64,000 nt of DNA from a virus (taxonomy: Duplodnaviria; Caudoviricetes). Numbering within the stretch: position 1 is the stretch's first letter; every line of letters starts with the position of its first letter. The stretch lies in IMG/VR virus record IMGVR_UViG_3300021255_003843, positions 32,001 through 96,000 of that record; one strand, 5' to 3'. This document shows, one piece after another, positions 40,962 to 50,096 of this stretch. A model generated the notes under the pieces. The model was not told the origin of the DNA. It did not search any database and was given only the letters and a program-made list of their open reading frames with translations. The position numbers were made by a program, and so were the translations under genes.

Positions 40962-42545
40962 TTAACCATCGTCCATGCTGCCTTCGGGGTTCGATGGCTT
41001 AGGTTGTTTGCCGCGCTCAGAAGCGTCGGGGTCCGAGTTGCGTTCTTCGTCCGTCATCTCTGGACGTCCGCCATCGCTATCGTTCGCAGACGTTTGACCA
41101 GCTAAAGCCCGAGGCTGCATTGTTTCGTCAGTACCATCGGCACTCTCTTTGGCACGCTGAGCCTTCTCTTTTTCAAGAGAATAGCCCTGGGTTTCCATCA
41201 TTGTCTTAGTAGATACTAAGCCTTGCGTCCAAAGTTCCTTGCAGACATCGCGAAGCGCTTTGCGGCCATCCATGTCAAGCGGCATAAACTTAAACGAAGG
41301 AACTTGGTTGACGTTATACTTATGCGTTATCGCAAGCTCTTCCTGAATGCAGACATTGATTTTATTCATTAATTCACAGATCTCGTCGCGGGCCGCATCA
41401 ATTCGCATAGATGCAGTTTGCATAGATACCTGCGCCGAAGCGAAAGTGCTGCCGTCTTCGGAAACACCGTTGACGATAATACCGCTGATACCTCCAGCAG
41501 ACAGGATGTCTTTATTGACATCACGATACTTGTCAAATTGGAAGAGGTCATCAAGCTTAGGCTGTATGACGTTTGCTTCCGCGAGCTGGTTAGTAACAGC
41601 GAGCGGAAACTTAGACATCGCGTTGGAAAAGACGTTGCGTACGTCTTTGAGTTCGGTAATATCAGGCAGTATGTCCCGTCCCTTTTGTTTGTCGCCGTAA
41701 GTAACATGAACGAACGAACGGATGCCTAAGTTAAGAATAGCGTTCTCATATTTAGAGATAAGCTCTTTCTTAGCTAAAGCCGGCAAGCATGCCGCAATAA
41801 AAGGAATAGCGTAACGCATCCATCCTTCTTTCGGGCACTGAAGCACCTTCGTATACTTAGGATTCAACTGTGCGTACTGCGCGCCTTTGTTTAAAGCCTC
41901 GAAGACTTCGTCGGGATAGCCGGCGAAATACTGCTGGAGGTTATTGTCTTTGATCCAGTTTTCTCTGACGGTGTAGCTCTTCTGCCGCCACTCATTCAGA
42001 ATTGTCTGGCAATCAAAGTCAACGATCGGTTCGCCATTCAACATCGTGTTGCCGATCTTACAAAGATGGACCGGCAAAGTGATAGGCACACCATGGAAGA
42101 TATAAACAAATACGTTAGAGTATTTCCAATACTCGACAGCGATGCTTTCAAGCTTTTCGCGCAGACGGATCTGTTTATAAAACTCTTCGTATATTTTATT
42201 AGTCTTGTCGTTTGTACCGACAAGGTTCCATGGCGAGCCGATAGTGTACGGCACATAGACATGACGCACGATCCCGCGAACGACGGGATCAGCGTCACAG
42301 TAGTAATCGGAAAGTTTATAGAGGTTAACGATGTTTCTCTGCTTGTCTCTTAATATGGCATCGTAATCGTAACCAACTAGGTTGCCATTAAAAGTAATAT
42401 TGGAATTTGAGAACGATTGATAATCGGTGCGGTCTTCGTCATCTTTAGCGCCGGTCACCGTCTTACCTTTTCTGTCGTTAGCCGGAAGCTGATTCGCCGC
42501 AGCTTCTGCAGGCTTCTGCCTTCTGAAAAGATCAAGGAATCCCAT
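40962..42545 (-). CDS. Portal protein
   Basis: Directly after terminase; ~530 aa; C-terminal GGRP motif; GGAGG RBS before MGFLD. Confidence 0.85.
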   Translation of the reverse strand: MGFLDLFRRQKPAEAAANQLPANDRKGKTVTGAKDDEDRTDYQSFSNSNITFNGNLVGYDYDAILRDKQRNIVNLYKLSDYYCDADPVVRGIVRHVYVPYTIGSPWNLVGTNDKTNKIYEEFYKQIRLREKLESIAVEYWKYSNVFVYIFHGVPITLPVHLCKIGNTMLNGEPIVDFDCQTILNEWRQKSYTVRENWIKDNNLQQYFAGYPDEVFEALNKGAQYAQLNPKYTKVLQCPKEGWMRYAIPFIAACLPALAKKELISKYENAILNLGIRSFVHVTYGDKQKGRDILPDITELKDVRNVFSNAMSKFPLAVTNQLAEANVIQPKLDDLFQFDKYRDVNKDILSAGGISGIIVNGVSEDGSTFASAQVSMQTASMRIDAARDEICELMNKINVCIQEELAITHKYNVNQVPSFKFMPLDMDGRKALRDVCKELWTQGLVSTKTMMETQGYSLEKEKAQRAKESADGTDETMQPRALAGQTSANDSDGGRPEMTDEERNSDPDASERGKQPKPSNPEGSMDDG

Positions 42546-42563
42546 AGGCGATCCAACCTCCAT

Positions 42564-44219
42564 TTAGAAATAAGTGGCAATGCCTACACAAGGCTTGCCT
42601 CTCTGATATTTTTTTATATTATCTTTCTCAAGCTCGCTGATGTAATCATTTCCCATTGCTAAGCTTGAGTATCGGTCTTTATGCATTGAGTTGCGCGGCG
42701 TGTCGTATAAAACGTTACCGCTCGCACCAACCTTGCTGACAATATTGCCCATCTCAAATTGCAAAGCATCGGCCTCGTGAAATATAGCCTTCTCCTCCAT
42801 CCGCATTTGCTGCGAAGGATCCTCGAGCTCAGCCTCAGAGGCTTTAATAATCCGAGAGTCAACAGGCAACTCGATTGTACGTTTCTCTAATGCGACGCGC
42901 AGGTTTGTGTAAATACGCTGGTTCAGCGTCTGCACTGCCCTAAAAGGATGTAGCACAGGTAAAGCCGCCGCGTTCATGTTAGGAGAATCGTCGACGACGA
43001 GAGGCGGGTATTCCTTCCCGCTCACGGAGTCGACCCATTCCTTATCAAAGAAACGGTCGAGACTGTCGCCAAGACCTCTGGCGTCGTAGATGATCTTCTC
43101 GGTATTCGGAAACTTAACATGGTAAAGCTGTCGTAGCTCCTCAGCTAACACGTCTAAGGTTTTGCCGTGGAAGCTTCGTATTAGCACAACCTTCTTGGCA
43201 TAGCTACCGTCGGCTCGCTCAGTAAACTTAATCACTGTGATGATCGAGTTGTCTGCGTCCTTTGCCTCGGAGGTCGCGATATCCAATGAGATAACGTATC
43301 TTGACTTGCTATTCTTAGGTTGTTCAAGCTCAATCTTCTTAAGCGTCCTGCAGCTTTGTGTCAACTCATAAGGGAAGGCTGAGTTATTTTCAGAGCCTAA
43401 GAATTTACATCCGTACTCCATCTGGAAGATGATATCAGGCATGCGAGCTTTCTCGCCCTCAAAGAATTGCGCATCGTTGATGCCATCCGCGATAGCGGTC
43501 TTATAGTCAAGCGCGCAGGCGAACTGCGTTCGGTCGCCCTTCGCCATGCGCTTTACAGTCTCTAAGAAGTTTGAGTAATACTGGTTATTCTTAGCGCACG
43601 CACTCGTAATCGTTACGGTTTTAGATTGAAAATCCTTGAACCCAAATGTTCTTGCATTATACCGTATCTCGTTTCTTGTCGGGGCTACAATCGCCTCAAG
43701 CTTGTCCTGGTCGACATCAAGCGCCTCATCAACAATGACGAGCTTCGCACGTTGGCCGCGAACACTCTCTAGTGCAAGGCTCCGCAGTACGCTGCCATTT
43801 TTCAGCGTACACTGCGAGCCGTTCTTGGAAATCTGAATCAAAGATCTCGCATTCGTCGCGTTGATCTCATTTGCGATATTCGGATTCTGGTCAGCGATCG
43901 ACTTGAGCGTCGTCAGGACTAAGGTAGCCTGAGCCGCCGTCGCCGATACAATCAGTATCTTCGAACCTGGATAAAGGACGCCAACGGCGAATCCAGCGAG
44001 CGCGGCTACGAAAGTTTTGCCGTAGCCGCGCGAGCATGTGTCGTTACTATTGACACAGTTGCCAATCTGTCTAATTAAGACGTGTTGCGTAGGAGAAAGC
44101 TTCACAGGCGCACACGCGTCTTCTATAAAGATGTCTAAGTGTTTGCGGTAGAAGATAATCTGCTCCTCTGCCGCGTCCCAATTTGTGATGACGCCAGGCC
44201 TCACTACTGCCACAGACAC
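42564..44219 (-). CDS. terL: Terminase large subunit
   Basis: Walker A SRGYGKT, RGQRA, Walker B VIVDEA, ITSA, nuclease ISLDIA...D, KDRYSS. Confidence 0.92.
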   Translation of the reverse strand: MSVAVVRPGVITNWDAAEEQIIFYRKHLDIFIEDACAPVKLSPTQHVLIRQIGNCVNSNDTCSRGYGKTFVAALAGFAVGVLYPGSKILIVSATAAQATLVLTTLKSIADQNPNIANEINATNARSLIQISKNGSQCTLKNGSVLRSLALESVRGQRAKLVIVDEALDVDQDKLEAIVAPTRNEIRYNARTFGFKDFQSKTVTITSACAKNNQYYSNFLETVKRMAKGDRTQFACALDYKTAIADGINDAQFFEGEKARMPDIIFQMEYGCKFLGSENNSAFPYELTQSCRTLKKIELEQPKNSKSRYVISLDIATSEAKDADNSIITVIKFTERADGSYAKKVVLIRSFHGKTLDVLAEELRQLYHVKFPNTEKIIYDARGLGDSLDRFFDKEWVDSVSGKEYPPLVVDDSPNMNAAALPVLHPFRAVQTLNQRIYTNLRVALEKRTIELPVDSRIIKASEAELEDPSQQMRMEEKAIFHEADALQFEMGNIVSKVGASGNVLYDTPRNSMHKDRYSSLAMGNDYISELEKDNIKKYQRGKPCVGIATYF

Positions 44220-44226
44220 TCACTCC

Positions 44227-45126
44227 TTATACAGTGTCGAGACCCAACGACTCAACAAGATAATTGAACGAATCGATCACACGATCGACATCGTCCTTCG
44301 GCCATTTGATTTCTCTCGTACACGGGTGTCCCGTCGATTCAAGTTTAGCCGTCAGCTCTGACCAAGAGCTAAGCCCGGCCGTATCGCCGGGCTTGCGCTT
44401 GCAGGCCGCAAAGTTACCTGACTTACTTAGCAGATCGAACTGCGATATCGCGTCTTTAACAACTGAATAATCGCAGCGCCCAGCCATGAAGTCATCTTGT
44501 GCTTTATCAGCTTGAAGGCTTGCTTTAGCAAGTTTGCGGGCAATATCGCGCAGGTTCGTATCACTAAGATCGAAGTCTTCTTCGAGGCCGCTGTAGTATT
44601 CCTCAAGGTATTCAAGCTCACTCTTCTTGAAGTACCCATTGAATTTATGGCTATAGGTTTTAACATCGGGATCCGCTTCTTCTACTACCTGGCCGTTCGC
44701 TTTCGCTTCGGCATAAGATAGGGTCTTACCGTCTTCACCGTTCTCAACGTATTGGTAGTAGACGCCCATTACTGCAGGAACCTGCTGACAGGTGAGCCGC
44801 GTAAGAATGACCTTGCGGCGATCGTCATTAGCCTTCTGGTACGTCGGATTATTTGAGGCAAGCTTCTCTGCTTTTTCTTCAGCCTTCTGCCATATGCGCT
44901 CGTTCCACTCTCTATGGTTCTCCCAGAAGTATTCACGCATTTCGTCTTTAGACGCGCAGCGGTTGACACAATCTTTGCACCATATGTCCTTACCAAGCTG
45001 CTCGTCCCAATCACGGTTGACGTAGTAATCGGCAATCGGTTTAACGCGGCCGCACTTCAAACAGAGCTTCGTCTGTGGCGGTCGGATAATACGCTTTGGC
45101 TTAGACTCGGTTACGACATCAGGCAT
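44227..45126 (-). CDS. Zn-finger protein upstream of terL (candidate terminase small subunit)
   Basis: CLKC...WCKDC; immediately before terL. Confidence 0.55.
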   Translation of the reverse strand: MPDVVTESKPKRIIRPPQTKLCLKCGRVKPIADYYVNRDWDEQLGKDIWCKDCVNRCASKDEMREYFWENHREWNERIWQKAEEKAEKLASNNPTYQKANDDRRKVILTRLTCQQVPAVMGVYYQYVENGEDGKTLSYAEAKANGQVVEEADPDVKTYSHKFNGYFKKSELEYLEEYYSGLEEDFDLSDTNLRDIARKLAKASLQADKAQDDFMAGRCDYSVVKDAISQFDLLSKSGNFAACKRKPGDTAGLSSWSELTAKLESTGHPCTREIKWPKDDVDRVIDSFNYLVESLGLDTV

Positions 45127-45511
45127 AAATGCGTACCTTCCTTATTGGCGCTCCGTGTTCAACGAGAGCGTCAATAAGCTCTTCGCTCTCCTTCGTCTTC
45201 GGGAGTTCCTCGCTTGTTGCGACGGCACTCTCAAGCTTTGCCCACTCCTTCTCTGCTTCTATGTTCGCGTAGTACGCAACAAGGAGTTTGAATAAAGCCG
45301 CCGTCTTCTTATACTTGTAGGTCTTGATGCCGTACTCGTCCTCCCGGATAAAAGTAGGCTGGATCCCATGTTCGTTTAAGTAGATATACTCACGTTTCGT
45401 CTGCGTTGAGTATTCCATATCAAAAGCCCTCTTGGGAGGGTTGAGCTTATGGATAGCAGGATGCTCGGACGTCTCTGCTACAAACGTACAATCATCGCGA
45501 TCATATTTCAT
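45119..45511 (-). CDS. Hypothetical protein, first gene of the late operon
   Basis: GAGGTG RBS; overlaps the next gene. Confidence 0.7.
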   Translation of the reverse strand: MKYDRDDCTFVAETSEHPAIHKLNPPKRAFDMEYSTQTKREYIYLNEHGIQPTFIREDEYGIKTYKYKKTAALFKLLVAYYANIEAEKEWAKLESAVATSEELPKTKESEELIDALVEHGAPIRKVRIYA

Positions 45512-45601
45512 AAATGAATCACCTCAAAAAAGTTAATCAAAATAAGAGACGCTTAACAAAAGTGCGTCTCTTTTTTAGAGACGTTGGAGCACGTCTCTCT
45601 C

Positions 45602-45628
45602 CATATATATCAATTCTCGAATGTAATC
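45602..45628 (-). promoter_or_regulatory. 27-bp conserved motif, copy 2 (candidate late promoter)
   Basis: CATATATATCAATTCTCGAATGTAATC about 90 bp upstream of the structural operon. Confidence 0.6.
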
Positions 45629-45837
45629 ACAAAAATGGGATGGAAAATGGGAGTAGGAAAAGATCATATCCCCCGTGAGTTTCTTGATGAAAACTTTTTC
45701 AGCGTAAACCCCACCCCCGTAAAAAGTTTTCACTGAAACCAATGAACCCCTGGCGATATGGCGGCCGATCCGCATGAGGAAAACGCTGCCAAATAAAAAA
45801 AGCGACCTGCTGGAACAGGCCGCAAAGGAGGATTCTT

Positions 45838-46041
45838 ATGAAAAAGTACACTCTATCTGTCCGTAGCACCGCAACTCGCAGAGAAGACCCTGTTTACGAC
45901 AACAATCTTTCGAAGATGAACATGGCTGCAACCATTTTCACCGTCAGAAAGGTGCCGCAGGTCGTCATTTTCGACAATGAGGAAGAAGAAATCATTTTCC
46001 TCGCCGAGAATGGAACCGTTAAGGTGGATCATCTGCCTTAA
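45838..46041 (+). CDS. Hypothetical early protein
   Basis: AAAGGAGG RBS. Confidence 0.7.
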   Translation: MKKYTLSVRSTATRREDPVYDNNLSKMNMAATIFTVRKVPQVVIFDNEEEEIIFLAENGTVKVDHLP

Positions 46042-46163
46042 AAATCCTCCCGCCCTTGATCTTAGCACAGACTTGTGCGCAGGTCAAGGGCACTTTTCTG
46101 CCAATTAGCGGATGCGTAAATCCGCTGATGATATATCAACAAAACAAAACAGGAGGAAGAACA

Positions 46164-46502
46164 ATGTTTAACATCAATAACATGTCCCGTAGCTACGATG
46201 CCAACTCAACCGTCTCAAAGAAACACAACAATCCTATTCCTAATTGGCTTCATGCCAAGTTTCTTCTCTGGGGTTATGATCCAATAACCGACGACGAATA
46301 TCTGTTAGGAGAAACAACTGATAAACGCATCGCTCGAAGCTGGGTTAAGGAAATAAAGCGCGATCACTACACTCGAATTGTTGTTGAATTTCCTGGATCC
46401 TATTGCACTACAGCACATGAGCTGCGCTGGTGCGACGCTAAAGCAAATCCTGAAACAGTTTATTTCACTCTAAACGATAAGAGTGAAGAGATTCCATTTT
46501 AA
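46164..46502 (+). CDS. Hypothetical early protein (ends SEEIPF)
   Basis: A-rich leader + AGGAGG, ATG at 46164. Confidence 0.75.
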   Translation: MFNINNMSRSYDANSTVSKKHNNPIPNWLHAKFLLWGYDPITDDEYLLGETTDKRIARSWVKEIKRDHYTRIVVEFPGSYCTTAHELRWCDAKANPETVYFTLNDKSEEIPF

Positions 46503-46512
46503 GGAGGAACCC

Positions 46513-46662
46513 ATGATCATTATTATTCTCATCGCTGTTGCAATCTTTTTGATTTCCATTAACGATATCCTCGACGCCGTTGACGAGATGCGCTGGCAGT
46601 TCAACATGCTGCCAGCGCGTTTCTGGAAACAGAACTATAAAACGCATCGGCGTTTTTATTGA
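46513..46662 (+). CDS. 49-aa membrane protein
   Basis: AAGGAGG RBS; MIIIILIAVAIFLISINDIL...; stop overlaps the hammerhead stem. Confidence 0.65.
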   Translation: MIIIILIAVAIFLISINDILDAVDEMRWQFNMLPARFWKQNYKTHRRFY

Positions 46663-46728
46663 CCCGTCTGATGAGAGCTGGATAGCAACCAGCCGAAACG
46701 CGCTTTGGCGCGTCACGGGAAGCCAATA
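46657..46728 (+). ncRNA. Type I hammerhead ribozyme
   Basis: P1 CCCGU/ACGGG (+UAUUG/CAAUA), CUGAUGA, P2 G-GCUGG/CCAGC-C, GAAA, P3 CGCGC/GCGCG, GUC cleavage after 46714. Confidence 0.92.
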
Positions 46729-46751
46729 CCCGTTGCGGTTTCATTCTCCGC

Positions 46752-46782
46752 AAAACAAAACCCCGGTGCACGAACACCGGGG
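46752..46782 (-). terminator. Terminator for antisense transcript
   Basis: CCCCGGTG-TTCGTG-CACCGGGG-TTTTGTTTT on the minus strand. Confidence 0.75.
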
Positions 46783-46811
46783 CCTGGCGTCCACGAAAGG
46801 AGGTGATTCCT

Positions 46812-46967
46812 GTGGACACCGTAGCTCTGACAGCAGAGCAATGTGTATGGTTTCTGACCATCACAGCGCCATATCGCAGAACTCTGCTGAAGAAGCTGTC
46901 CACCGGCGAGTATGTGCTCGTATGGGATGCGGCAACGCATGAGTACATACTGACAAAGGTGGATTAA
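46812..46967 (+). CDS. 51-aa small protein covered by a predicted antisense RNA
   Basis: AAAGGAGGTGA RBS, GTG start; MDTVALTAEQCVWFLTITAPYRR... Confidence 0.65.
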   Translation: MDTVALTAEQCVWFLTITAPYRRTLLKKLSTGEYVLVWDAATHEYILTKVD

Positions 46968-47003
46968 CAGCTCACCGAGAAGGTTCACGCCCTTCTCGGT
47001 TTC

Positions 47004-47032
47004 AGTTTACCAGACACGTGAAGCCGTGTCAA
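47004..47032 (-). promoter_or_regulatory. sigmaA-type promoter (antisense)
   Basis: TTGACA-17-TAAACT with extended TG. Confidence 0.7.
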
Positions 47033-47477
47033 GATGTTAACGATTTGTTAAGTTGGATTCATAAAGAATTCCATCTTTTCATTTCGTTTTCAAAAACCCT
47101 CGCCATCGGCAAATGATCCTGATAACACATCAGATTTGTTTGTCGATGCTTCCTGTGGTATCGGACAAGCTGGCCCTTTACAGCTTGTCCGTTTTGATAT
47201 ATGCTGGTTAAGAAATTGACGCTTAACCACTTCGCTAATGTCAATTATCGTAACTTGGCTGGCGAGCCTTGTACGCGGAAGGAGGAAAATGGAAAAGGCT
47301 CCTGCCATCAACAGGAGCCATAGGAGGAAGGGATGTGAGTATCATCAACCTTCATCAGCATTATAGCATAATCACAGCTGTAATGCAAGCACATCGTGCG
47401 GCGATTAAGCATAGGCCTAGCCGTGGCAAGCGGTAAACTAACAGCAACTCAACAAACAAAAATTAGGAGGAAAAACC

Positions 47478-49988
47478 ATGAGTATCATTAATTTAGTGAA
47501 ATCCAACACCCTGTCTGTCGAAGAAACCAACGGAACCGGTGTCACTTTGAACACCGAAAACCATGCGTTCGGTCTGACTCCCGCGTTCACTCGCTTCTCC
47601 CCCGATTACTTCCAGATCATCGACACTGGAGATATGGATCGCGGAGAAATCCCCGCAGTTCAGAACTATCTCGACAACATCATCGACAACGGCATCCAGG
47701 ATGGAAGCCGTCGCTACATCCCGGTTTTCGCCGGTTCCAGCAACCAGCGCAATGGTCAGTTTGTAATGTGCTGGGACAAAATCTGGAACGACGTTACATC
47801 CTGGTGCTGTGCCGGTCTCGATTGCAGGAAATTGCCTGTAGGCAAGCTCGCCAAATACATGGCACTCATGTTCTCAACCGTTCGTTCCTGGGATGCTGTG
47901 TTTCCCGATGGTGGACTCTATGGGGTGTTCAAGTACCCACATCCCAGCACCTGGGGCGTGTTCCCTGACGTTGACATTGACGCTGTTGGCCTGTTCAATA
48001 AGGTCACTCCGTGGGCTGTAAACAAAGAACTGGTCCTCGGTTCTGACAAAGAGACCAACAAGATCACTGATGGTATCGCTCTGTTCGTTCTGGACGATAC
48101 TCAGCTCAACTCTCATCAGAAGAAAGAGATCATCAAGAAAGCAGAAGCTTTCACCGTCAGAGCTCCCATGGTCAAAGGTCTCTTCGTTCCTGTTCTCAAA
48201 TCCGCATTGATCAAGTGGTTCGAAGATCATCCCGAAGCGTCGTCTATTCAGAAGGACGCTTGGGGCAACGAACAGAACCTGCTCGACCTCCAGGTCATCA
48301 CCTTCAAGTCTGTCTTCAAAGCTTGGAAGTGCATCAAGCAGTGGTCCGAGTACGTTGAAGGCTTCGATACCTACGAGCACCATGTGTGGGTCTGCATCGC
48401 GGCGCACGGGGAGCGTTGGGCTTCCCTGCCGTATCAGCAGCTCCAAACCCTCAACGCCAACAATGCGCAGGTCGAGGAGCTCGCGCGCACCAGCGCGAGC
48501 TTCCTCATCGACAATGCCAAGATCGGTAAGCTTGGCAAGATCATCGGAGGAAACCTTGGCAAGATCGTCGACATCTTCCCGGATATGCTGCATGATCCCT
48601 TCGTCCGTGAGCAGCTGCAGCGGAAGTGGATTAGCCGCTGCAAGCAGATGTATGGCGGCCGCATCCTGCATGTCAGCCATAATCTGTTCTGCTCCAGCGA
48701 CATCATTGCCGTTATTGAAGGGTTGACTGGTCAGTCCGTTCATGGCGTGCTGCCTGCCAATACCGTGCACACTCAGGCCTTTGGTTACGACAGGAAGCTG
48801 GGCTGCACTCGCTGCCCGCATCTCGACAACGCGTGGGTCACTCCGCGCAACATCAAGGTTCCTGAGGAATATCTTGGCCTGTACATGGGCACCACAATCT
48901 TCTACAGCTGCAATGACAACACCATGAAGGTTCATCAGATGGACTTTGACGGTGATCACAGCAACGTTACCGACAATCCACTGCTCATCAAGCTGGCTGA
49001 GTACAGCCATGCCAGCTATGGCGATTCCTGCCTGCTGTACGCGGCCATGGACGATGGCACCGCGCCGAAGACGACGTCTGATTATAAGACTGAGTTCAAC
49101 GAGCTGTGCCGCAACAGCTTCAAGGCTCCGATCGGCCTGTACGCCAACACCCTGACCAAGGTTTGGGCTCTGCGTAACATGATGGAAAAGACCAGCGCTC
49201 AGGCTAAGAACCTGTGGGTGTGGATCGCCTGCCTGACCAGGAAGGGCAACACCTGCATTGATGAAGCTGGCGGACATGGCAAAGACAGCTCCGTCGGCAT
49301 CGCGGAAGACGTGGTCGAACGGTTCCGTCGGACAAAGAAGCCATGGTTCCATGGTTATGCCAAGGGCACGATCAATCCTCAGGGTCAGATCGTCCGCGCT
49401 GACGCCGACTACAAGTACGAGTTCAAGCCGTTCCACACTGTCGACGTCTATAGCGCCATCTGCCGGATGCTTGTGCCGACAGAGGCTGAAACAGTGATCG
49501 ATCTGTCCGCTTATTCCATTATTTACTCCAAAGAAGTAGCGGCCAGGATCGTTCGTACCCTTATGAAGGATTCCAATGTCCGCACCCGTCGTGCGGCCAT
49601 GAAGGATCTTTCTGATACCTTCGCCGATCTCGTCTGCGCAGCCAACCATGAAGAAGTGCTGATCGCTCAGAGCAGCAGCCTGGCCGCTGTGCCGAACTTC
49701 ACCATGGATAAGGTCGATCTGATCCGCGCCAAGTGCGAGCAGATCGCTCTGAACTGCGGCTACACGCTGGACGACGCTGTCGACATTCTGGTCTTCAATC
49801 TGTTCTACAAGACCAGCGCGACCAGTGCGAAAACCTCCATGATGAAGCGCTGGTTCTTCATCGCCTTCGGTGACATCGTGTTCGAAAACGCGCAGCGCAA
49901 CCTGTCCGTTGAACTCACGACCACCGACAACTACGAAGACGCCTCCGAGGAGGAGGATGACGACGCGATCGATCAGTTGGAAGACTGA
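47478..49988 (+). CDS. Single-subunit two-barrel (YonO-like) DNA-dependent RNA polymerase
   Basis: 836 aa; TDG(198), R....KG, YQ.LQTL, RCP, catalytic D489-F-D-G-D493. Confidence 0.88.
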   Translation: MSIINLVKSNTLSVEETNGTGVTLNTENHAFGLTPAFTRFSPDYFQIIDTGDMDRGEIPAVQNYLDNIIDNGIQDGSRRYIPVFAGSSNQRNGQFVMCWDKIWNDVTSWCCAGLDCRKLPVGKLAKYMALMFSTVRSWDAVFPDGGLYGVFKYPHPSTWGVFPDVDIDAVGLFNKVTPWAVNKELVLGSDKETNKITDGIALFVLDDTQLNSHQKKEIIKKAEAFTVRAPMVKGLFVPVLKSALIKWFEDHPEASSIQKDAWGNEQNLLDLQVITFKSVFKAWKCIKQWSEYVEGFDTYEHHVWVCIAAHGERWASLPYQQLQTLNANNAQVEELARTSASFLIDNAKIGKLGKIIGGNLGKIVDIFPDMLHDPFVREQLQRKWISRCKQMYGGRILHVSHNLFCSSDIIAVIEGLTGQSVHGVLPANTVHTQAFGYDRKLGCTRCPHLDNAWVTPRNIKVPEEYLGLYMGTTIFYSCNDNTMKVHQMDFDGDHSNVTDNPLLIKLAEYSHASYGDSCLLYAAMDDGTAPKTTSDYKTEFNELCRNSFKAPIGLYANTLTKVWALRNMMEKTSAQAKNLWVWIACLTRKGNTCIDEAGGHGKDSSVGIAEDVVERFRRTKKPWFHGYAKGTINPQGQIVRADADYKYEFKPFHTVDVYSAICRMLVPTEAETVIDLSAYSIIYSKEVAARIVRTLMKDSNVRTRRAAMKDLSDTFADLVCAANHEEVLIAQSSSLAAVPNFTMDKVDLIRAKCEQIALNCGYTLDDAVDILVFNLFYKTSATSAKTSMMKRWFFIAFGDIVFENAQRNLSVELTTTDNYEDASEEEDDDAIDQLED

Positions 49989-50096
49989 TCGTCGCGTCGC
50001 TCAGGCGTCACGCTCCGTCGCGCAAAGAGCGGCCATGCTGTGGCAAGCGGCAATTCTCTGTAATAATAAAAAACAAAAAAATGGGAGGAAAACACA

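Noticed and set aside
47874-49649. 591-aa minus-strand ORF
   Set aside because: Shadow ORF antisense to the RNAP gene, explained by its codon bias; same for 60051..61055, 62223..63092 and the many + strand ORFs over the structural genes.
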